Positions 54,530-64,000 of a stretch of 64,000 bases of DNA are shown here, piece after piece. Below the pieces are notes generated by a model, which was given only the letters and a program-made list of their open reading frames with translations, made no database searches and was not told the origin of the DNA. Position 1 is the first letter of the stretch. Every line of letters starts with the position of its first letter. This stretch comes from Eledone cirrhosa (lineage: Eukaryota). Position numbers and translations under genes: made by a program. The stretch covers positions 348,378,001-348,442,000 of the forward strand of contig OZ024743.1 of the NCBI GenBank assembly GCA_964016885.1, in the 5' to 3' direction.

Positions 54530-55300
54530 GGCCTCAAGTCATATTTCTCACGTATCCCTGCTAGAAATCCAACTAGACTGGAATAGCTAGAAAATGTTTA
54601 ACATATTGATTTCCTTAATAACATTTAACCTTTGGATAAACACTAGTCAAGTAATTGATGGGTTCACTATATCATTAGTAACGATAAAAATACGTTAATC
54701 GAATTTGATATTGGCAACAATTATTCATCTATAACATGGTCCTATTAACTTAGATACACATAATATTATAAGTCTTTAACTAGGGTAGGTGAACGTTTCG
54801 ATGATACCATTGCTGCCATTCACAATGTGCAGATAGGAAACATAATTTGTATATATATCGTTTCCCAACATTAGGCGGTCTACTTTACAGGGACAATCAC
54901 CTAATCGCTGTACCTGACGAAAAACAAGACACCTTTGAAAGTATTAACAAGGACTTGCATTCTGTTTTTAGAGAATAATCATAACCATTGATTCTAAACT
55001 TCGCATCATCATTTGATAGGTGTTACGCTAAACATAGAGAAGACATGACACCTGATAATAAATCAATTCAGCCAATCCAGCCATCTGAATCTGAAATATT
55101 ACAAGAAAAAGTTGACTTGAACAGGATTTTACCTTTGAATATGAAAAAACACCGGATTAAAGGCTAACAACCCTTACAAACCACGGATTTAAGTAGCCAT
55201 AATATAATTCCACAATATTCATAATAATCCTTCCTTTGACGGATCATATTCATCATATAATAAAGTAAGATATTAGAGGAATGACATTCATTCTCACTTA
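54530..55300 (+). mobile_element. Heavily decayed Penelope-like RT
   Basis: KNTLIEFDIGNNYSSIT and GGLLYRDNHL match FIQFDIASYYSSI and GGIYRDDGL of the 44.9-45.5 kb RT. Confidence 0.5.
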
Positions 55301-55574
55301 AGAAATATAACTTCAAACGGGATGTCAATCCATATTACAGTTAGTGCCTTCGTTACATATAGTTTAATCTTATTCATTAATTGGATACACATTGAATGAT
55401 ATAATGTAATCCTTGTCATTCATTAGATGCTAGGAAAATATAACCAGTTATCTCATAAATCAACAATATGTAACACTAATATGTGGAAATAATATATAGC
55501 GTGACATAATTAGAAATTTATTGTGGATCAATACAAAGTGTCATACAAAAAAATATATATATTATGATAATGAT

Positions 55575-56175
55575 AATAATTGCTTCAGTTATTGGCCAAA
55601 AGGGCTGACATATAGGGGACAATACAACAATAGACAGGGACAGTGGAGGTTTTACACAAACATCGAGTAAACAATCTTAAAACAAGAACAATGATTTCTG
55701 ATTTAGGCATAAGGTCAACAATTTTGATGGAGGGGAAAGTCGATTAAATCGACCCCAGTACTTACCGGTGCTTATTTTATCGACCCCGTAAGTATGAAAG
55801 GCAAAGCTAACCTCGGCGGTATTTGTAATCAACAAGAAAAATACAACAATGGAAATTCCCCAATAGAGTGGATAAACACCCAAGGGCGACTCGAGTACTA
55901 CACCAATCCTGAACCACCCGATATTTCGAATGCACCATGAGAGGGCACTTCTCTCCTCTAATTTAGCCAGCCTACAGGCAAAAGTTCAGAGTATCCCCAT
56001 TCATATGGGCCATTCTCATCATATTCACTCTAAACGAACTGGTGGGTCACCACTTCTTTTCCCCACACCCGCTTTCCTTTCCAAGTGAAACTTGAAAAAT
56101 TTGATGAAGGATTGGCTTCAGGCTTTTCAATCTGGCCCAACTTACCACCTCTTTAGCTATCGCCATCAGGCAGAG
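55575..56175 (-). mobile_element. L1/Tx1-like LINE 3' end interrupted by a SINE (55689-55826, -)
   Basis: 55590-55675 and 55830-56175 match the reverse complement of ~680-1108; SINE core lies between, with candidate TSD AACAAGAA (55681, 55831). Confidence 0.75.
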
Positions 56176-57205
56176 GATAACTGCATCTGACTCCGTCTGA
56201 CCGCATTCTTTATTAGCCACACATGGCTGAACTTTAAGAAAAAATAGAGACAGCACAGTATGTAAAAAAAGGGTTATAATGAAAACAAAAAAGATAAACG
56301 TTTAAAAAGTCAAATGAACAAAATCAGATTCCCCAATAGGGGAAGACCTATGATGGTTAGTCGTAGAGGAAAATAATGATAAGAGTAAAATGAAAGAGGT
56401 AGACGATAATAATGATAACAGTAAAATCAAAGAGTAAATAAATTATTATTTATTCGTTCGTTTTGTTGATATATTTTCAAATAAAAAAATCTTTAAAGAA
56501 GTTCCACTTTTATACTACATTTCTGCTCTGTACATACATACCGACACTGATATACACTCCTCCCTACACACAGGTAACACACACACAAGAACACATAGGT
56601 ACGCATACATATACACACACACATATATGGATATATATTTACATGCGTACATATGATTGTCTGTTTTGTGACAGCATTTGACGCCTGGTATTAAAAGATT
56701 ACTTCTGAACGCGTGTATCTGTGTGTGTGTATTTGTGTGTGAGTGTGTTAGAATATATATTTCTATATATGATGTAGGGGATAGGCGAAGGTATCACCAT
56801 CTTCATATCCCGTCTATTTGTCCGTTTATATCTCTTAAATAAAATTGTACTGTATGTTTTAACGACTTTAGAGTGATGAAGAAACAAGGAAAGCATTTCG
56901 AGATCATGGCATTTGACGTATTCCTCTATTGATAAGATCGACCATTTCAAATAGAATAGCGACACCGTCAAATATACTGCTTATGGCGATAAAACTATCT
57001 CCCATTGAAGACAAATTTACACAGTTTTCTTTCATATATCTGCAAACATGCATTATAAAAAGTAAGGTTACACATATTTTCTAAATATGTAGGCATGTAT
57101 ATTATACACACACACAGACTAACACACGCACAAACACACATATATATATAATATACATATATACATATACACACACACATATATATATAATATATGCATA
57201 TATAT

Positions 57206-57374
<169 letters not shown>

Positions 57375-58163
57375 TATAATGTGGCTCATTTAAACATTTA
57401 TGTAAATATGTACTTATATATGCAAACACACACATAAGTATTTTCATTTCATGTATGCGTGTGTATGTGAGTTTGTGTGTTGTGCGTGTGTGTGTCTGTG
57501 TGCATATGAGTATGTGTGTATGTGCGTCTGGTTTACATAGGTGTATACTTGTGTGTAAATAAAAACATGCATATGTTTTATAAATATTTCTGTAATGTTA
57601 CTTATGTATGGGCTTACACATGTATTTACATATGTATATATTTACCACTATACACACATATACATTCAGTAACTCACTTTCTACTGTCTGCATGTATATA
57701 CGCATGGATGTGTTTGTGTGTGTGTATCTCTGCATGACGTAGTCTGTATGTAGGTGTATGCATCTAAACACGTTTATATTCATGTATATATGTATATATG
57801 TAAATATACCATCTTAAAAAGATGTTCCCACATTTTCCTCATGAATACTTAATCAAGAGTTTATATTGGATAATAAATCATATATGTTAATCCACACGCG
57901 TGATTGTAGGACTGCGTAAACTCGTGTGTTGTATGTGTGTGTCCCTGTGTGTATGCATCTATGTGTATGTGCGTGCACGCTGCATACTTTGTGTGTTTGT
58001 GTGTCTGTGACTGTATGTGCTCAACGACGTATGTTTAAATACTCATACGAATGCGGCCCTCCCACACACAGATAAGTTTATGGATAGAGAGAAACAGACT
58101 GACACACATGCACACACACACACTCACGTGTGTGTGTGTGTGTGTGCGTGCGTATGTGTGTAT

Positions 58164-58243
<80 letters not shown>

Positions 58244-58933
58244 ATGTGTATGTATGTGTGTATGTATGTGTGAATATGCATGCGTGCGTCTGATTCTTAT
58301 TCCACTATAATAAAGTAACCTCGCTCTCTTTGTAATTTTACATATATTTGTGTGCATCTATAACTGCGTATGTGGAACGTCTATGTAAATGCATATATGA
58401 CTGTAAGTGTGTGTATGTATGTGTACACAATTTCTCATATGGTTGTGTGTTTAGAATTTGTCTGGAAAAGATTTTCATCATAAGTAATTGATCGCCCTCT
58501 GAAATTGAAACTATAAATCTTAAGTATAAAATGTACAGTATATCATGGTGAAAAGGAAAAAAAAAACAGGAAAAAAAAAACAAGATAGTGAAATGATACT
58601 CCAAAATGGAGGAATGATTGATACACATTGGATAATTTATAAACAATATGGCGTGTCGGTTTATAACACTATACAGTACAATGGGAGGAACATTGAATAT
58701 GATAATAGACACTGAAAAACCTTAACTGACATCATAAAATATGGAGGAGTACATTTATGACTAGCAATGTACGAAATATACCTGAAACTGCTTGTGAATT
58801 GCTCGTTGCATCTATCTTGATACCACGTACTCTCTAACCATATATTTTAGCTTAAAACCGGTAGACGTGACGTAAACAATTCCAGTAGAATTTGTACCAT
58901 CATATATGAATATATGTATATATGTGTAATATA

Positions 58934-58980
<47 letters not shown>

Positions 58981-59049
58981 CCCCCCCTTTTTTTTCTAAA
59001 TGTCTCTCCCCCACTCCCCCACACACCCTCGCAACTCTCATCCCACCCA

Positions 59050-59162
59050 GTTTTCTCCTGAAGAAGGGCTTATGCCCGAAACGACCCCACCACTTTCAAG
59101 AGCGTGAAACTAATAAACCTTTGTTTGTACTGCCTCTCTGTTTTCGTTCCCGTTCCAGATTT

Positions 59163-59165
<3 letters not shown>
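59050..59165 (+). mobile_element. Penelope-type terminal repeat stub with a partial minimal hammerhead
   Basis: CUGAAGA-A-GGGC-UUAU-GCCC-GAAA-CG (59058-59083) lacking the UH site; tail TTTGTACTGCCTCTCTGTTTT is shared with 32721-32800. Confidence 0.6.
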
Positions 59166-59215
<50 letters not shown>

Positions 59216-59321
59216 TACTACTCTGTTACGTGCTAGAGTCAATAGGCTGAGGTCATACGGGTCACTTCCCTCCATTATATATTTTATATATTATACAAGT
59301 ATATATATGTATATATATAAT

Positions 59322-59353
<32 letters not shown>

Positions 59354-59719
59354 TACATATATATATATATGATAGTACATAGATGAGTATGGGATCCCAT
59401 GCTTGTTTTCATATAGGGTGATCTTCACCGATTAAACTCCTGATTTTTAATAGGTCCTATCCATAGTTTTCCCCTTAAAGTAGGAGAAAATATCAATAAT
59501 ATTTTGTAATTCGTTGAAGAGAGTTGAGGTGCATGAAATAATGACGTGCTTGCCTTCAGAGTTCAAAGAAGAGACACATGTGTAATGGATTCCTTGTAGT
59601 GTCATTGACAGGTATACCAGAAAACTAAATGCTGTGAATAATAAATTGAGTACTAGATTTAAACCTCGTTGACCACTTTATAGAATAAAGAGGTAAATAT
59701 AGAGAATAAAGAGGTAAAT

Positions 59720-60120
59720 ATAGAAAATCAGTCTTATAGTTTTAAGAAAGTGGAATTACCATCTAGAAAATTTCAAGTGATGCGATTGGTAGAGAAAATG
59801 GAAAGTTTTATTAAACGGATGCGCTTTAAATCCTTCTACTACGCGAACGGAGCAAACGGTACAAAATATGGATAATCAATGTTTTTCATATATTTTATTT
59901 CGAAGACAGTTTGAATGCTATCTAGCAATCTCTACATGATACAACTATTTGAGAAACTGAACAGCACAAATGAACGGGTGAGCTGGAAGGCATACTTCTA
60001 TGACAATAGAAGTATTGTAACAACCATTTCCAAATATGGATTTAGCATACGTAAGCATCCCCACCAAATGAGAAGCCTTGAGAATACGAGTTTTATTAAT
60101 CCGACTTTATATATTTGATA
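59720..60120 (+). mobile_element. Two decayed N-terminal fragments of Penelope-like (Naiad-type) ORFs
   Basis: SYSFKKVELPS..MRLVEKMESFIKRMRFKS and QLFEKL..ERVSWKAYFY..KYGFSIRKHP resemble the LIEK.E.FIKRMRWKA..YGFKS..P motif. Confidence 0.55.
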
Positions 60121-61613
60121 TTTGAAAACGGGTAAGATTCTAACATTTTAGTAAGTCCTAATCGCACACACACTCACAGAACAAATACGTATCACTCTTT
60201 GTGAAATAATCCAACATTCTCCACTTCGCAGACTAAGTAAATGTGATATAGTTATTAGTTACCGCAACGCATCTTGAAATGAGAAAGGGAAAACTACCCG
60301 TTTTTTCGAAAAACCACACACCGTGGAAGCCTTTACCATAGGAACTCGCCTACATTATCCATAAATGCTCGTAAATACAATTTCCTCTCTAACAAATCTA
60401 TCCAAATGTTAATACAGCGTATTTAGTAAGCGTGTTCTTGACAAGAAATCCATAGAATTGCAGTATAGAAAATCCCCAGCAAATCTACTCTATTCTATAT
60501 TGTGGACATTTATACATGTATATCAAAATCTCTTTTACTGCAAGCGCTAGACGTTTGGAAATATTATGTTCAAATCCGTATCATTAGAAAGACAGTCTTA
60601 TAACACACAGTTTTACCGTTCTCTAAGATGTTTACAGAGATGAATGTTTGGCATCTCCTGAAATCTGATGACTATGTCCTGAAACGTGTTTTAAAAAAAA
60701 ATGATCAATATTAAAAGAATTTGGATTAAATATATCAACTCTTATTTAATAGTAATTCATTTCTTCTTCATTTCAAGAGAGTAAACAGTATAGGAATCCT
60801 GACGAGCAATTGGTATCTAAATCTATCAACTCCACCCATTCCTGCCATGATTAAAAACCTTGAATATAACATACACGGAATTGTATCCTGACTTTCCTAC
60901 GATCGGAAAATATTCGGTAGGGCTGAATATTATTAGAAGGCAGTACTAAATGGCGTCCGATAACTACCAGTAAGCAGATAGTAATATATTGGAATTACTC
61001 CATAGCTTACACATTGAAACAAAATGGCTACGAAAATGTTATATTCCTTTAAGTGCCACTTCCCAAATACATCCAAACACCACAAACATTTGAACGCACA
61101 CAAAGTGAAATTGTGCGATACATGTAAGTATATCTTCACCCCCACTATTACATGCTACAATCGACAAACATATTTGCACTGATTACAACCTACATTTGCA
61201 TACATTGAGCCTCCTGTTCACTGGTATACACTTTCAAGGTCATGGCATATAGTAGTACGAACATTCCGCTAGATGTTATCAGAAAAAAATATTCGAAGTT
61301 CGCAGGAAATGACGTCAAAATACCTGAGAATTATTGAATACCACCTGCCTATACTACTGCAAATACATGCACAAAGACAGAGTACATGACAAAAGAAAAT
61401 ATGTATGATATAGAGTCATTTATTTTGTTCTATCTATCAATATTAAGGTAAATAAATATATTTGAATACGTGTATGCGGATGTGTATATGCACATTAAAT
61501 GCATAACTCAACAGTTAGCTCCATTGAGGTCACATTGCACAAATCTCATTGTAAAAATTATTAAGTAATTATTGATTAATGGTATTCCTGGTTTACTATG
61601 TATGAATATTCAA

Positions 61614-61621
61614 TCTCTCTC

Positions 61622-61692
<71 letters not shown>

Positions 61693-61828
61693 TTCTCTCT
61701 CATTCTTTCTATCCCCCTCTCTCTCTTTCTCACGCATTCTCACTTTCTCTCTCTCTTACTCATTCTCTCTCTCTCTCTCTTACTCATTCTCTCTCTCTCA
61801 CTCTCTCTCTCTCACTATCTCTCTCTCT

Positions 61829-61925
<97 letters not shown>
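61614..61925. repeat. (CT)n followed by (AT)n microsatellite
   Basis: Directly visible. Confidence 0.97.
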
Positions 61926-61927
<2 letters not shown>

Positions 61928-62122
61928 GCAATGAAATATCTATGATCTTCGGCAAATCACTGATGAGGGACTTATTTTATTACATGTTACCATGTGCTAC
62001 CTGCAGTATTTTTCTCTCTCTATATATATATATACATATATAAAATTCCTGGTGTGATCTTTAGACGAGGGGAATATATATAAATATATATGTATATATA
62101 TGCGTATGTACACACACACACG

Positions 62123-62195
<73 letters not shown>

Positions 62196-62202
62196 GTAGT
62201 GT

Positions 62203-62345
62203 GAAGGCGCATGGCTTAGTGGTTAAAGCATTGGGCTTGCAATCGAAAGGTTGTGAGTTCAATTCTCGGACCGGGTGATGTGTTGTTTCCTTGAGCAAGA
62301 CACTTTATTTCGCGTTACTCCAGTTTACTCAGCTGTAGAAATGTG
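62203..62345 (+). mobile_element. tRNA-derived SINE (second family)
   Basis: A box TGGCTTAGTGG, B box GAGTTCAATTC, followed by the non-tRNA core TCCTTGAGCAAGACACTT. Confidence 0.8.
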
Positions 62346-62611
62346 TACCGGCCTGCCCGCCCAGCCAGTGGGATAGCGTTATCTTATGGCTAAAACAGCA
62401 CGACGTGCTGGTTGGTCAAGGTGATATAGTGGTAGAACACTGGAAGGTAGTATCCGTAGTGGTAGAGCACTCAGTCCATTGGATGAGTTAGATTACGAGC
62501 TGAGTATCCGCTAAAATGAAACAATTGTTCTCGGTATGGTGAACTAACTGTTGTATAACCACTTCTCTCTCTCTCTCTATATATATATATATGTATTTAG
62601 ACGAGAAGAAT

Positions 62612-63090
62612 ATTTTGTGTGTCAGTCCTCAATTTGCCATTTTGTCTCTGGATAGTACTCGCACACCCTTCTGTTATTACTTTATCTGAAAATCTTTTCT
62701 CAATTTAGAATCTTTTGAAAATGTAGACACAATTCCAACAGATTCGCTTTTTGCTCCATAGAGAAATGATTGTGCATTAGTTTTGTAGAAATTTCATTTT
62801 TATCCAAGCCCGGTTCTTCTCCAAACATCTTAACACTTAATCAGCGATTGTACGCCATAACCGCCCGCCACATGTCCCCTTTTGTTCATTTGTGGTCCAA
62901 ATTGGTGTTCTAGAACAAGGTTTCTCATCAACATTTTCTCTGCCCTTTTTTTAAAGCATTGTGCCACTTAAAAATAATAGTTCTCAATAGAGTGGCATCT
63001 CTATAAGCTTGTGTTAAAGAACTAAATATTTTGGTTGCAGATTTTATGAGTTTCACACAAAATTTAATCATGTATCTTTGTTCGCTATTT
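62612..63090 (-). mobile_element. Decayed mariner transposase fragment
   Basis: EQRYMIKFCVKLIKSATKIFSSLTQAYRDATLLRTIIFKWHNALKKG (HTH); later EQKANLLELC, VITEG and YYPETKWQ (cf. TGDE, YDPETK.Q); frameshifted. Confidence 0.8.
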
Positions 63091-64000
63091 TCCTACAACA
63101 CAAACATAGCAGGAGTTATATATATATATATATATCTGTACACAAACAGCAATAATTCACGACTGACTCAATCAATCATTTTGAAAGACTTATGTACGTA
63201 CAGCTAATGTTTAAACCAACACGTATCAATGTGGTGCTGCATTACCATGTCGAACCTAGGAAAATCAGTACCCTTACTTTGGGGACAAACCGCGCATGTA
63301 TACATGTGTGTGTGTGCCTGTATCTGTGTTCACGGAGAGAGAGAAAGAGAAAGAGAATATTAGTGAGAGAAGTAACGATGGGGGTAAGTGAAAGAGAAAA
63401 AGAAACAGAGAACTGTGTACAAATAGATGTGCGTATATGTCTTCCCCAAGGTACAGAGAATACTGGTGAAAAAGTGAGATAGATATAAATGTCAACATAT
63501 ACATATCAAAAAATAGGATAAAAAATATTCCAAAATAATGTGCTTGAGATAGGAAACATTTCCATCCATCTTGGAAAGTTTGTCTTTTGGTTGTGATCTA
63601 CTTTCTGTCAAAAATCATGTGCTTACTGACAGTACACCATTCTCAGCGCCACATTTTTAAAAGAAATCACGCATACGCATCCACTTGAAAGACAGTCTTA
63701 CGCGATTTACAGTGACAGTCGCCATTCGTAGAAAATAATTTTATGAAGAATGATGAATGTGTAAAGAAAGTCCCAATAATTTTTCTGCAGCTATCTTCTG
63801 CGATGGCCGTAGTAATGCGTGAAGCAAACAATTTGTCAGATTTGATCCACGTGGAAACGGCAATCTTCAAGACGCTAAGCTGAAATCATATGGGCAAAGA
63901 TTGTTATAGAAACGTGATATGAATAATGAAACACAAAAGACAGACTTTCAATATCTGAACATACTTTTTTGTTTTATGTTTTACTTTTATTTTTATTAAT

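Noticed and set aside
61955-62005. CTGATGAGGG as a hammerhead
   Set aside because: No downstream GAAA or closing helices found
62203-62280. tRNA gene
   Set aside because: Has A and B boxes but no closing acceptor stem and continues into a SINE core

Overview
AT-rich, repeat-saturated animal DNA with no confidently identifiable host gene. The dominant SINE family and the extreme (TA)n/(CA)n density suggest an octopod cephalopod (inference). Most listed ORFs are microsatellite read-throughs. Recognisable coding remnants all come from mobile elements: Penelope-like retroelements (RT + GIY-YIG), Tx1/L1-like, RTE and probable HERO-type LINEs, a hAT transposase, a mariner transposase and Helitron pieces. 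The main discovery is a dense set of type I hammerhead ribozymes, read by eye: about 5 with intact or compensated cores and about 9 degenerate, nearly all with a palindromic helix III. They sit in short, mostly non-coding elements inserted in (TA)n arrays. Highlights are a ~648-nt retrozyme-like unit present as ~1.36 tandem copies (20653-21534) with a diverged relative at 47104-47900, a family with a compensated U3-A8 core, several fold-back insertions, and a decayed Penelope-like element (42485-45975) whose terminal hammerhead shares helix I with orphan copies. Coordinates of decayed elements are approximate. No database search or folding program was run.
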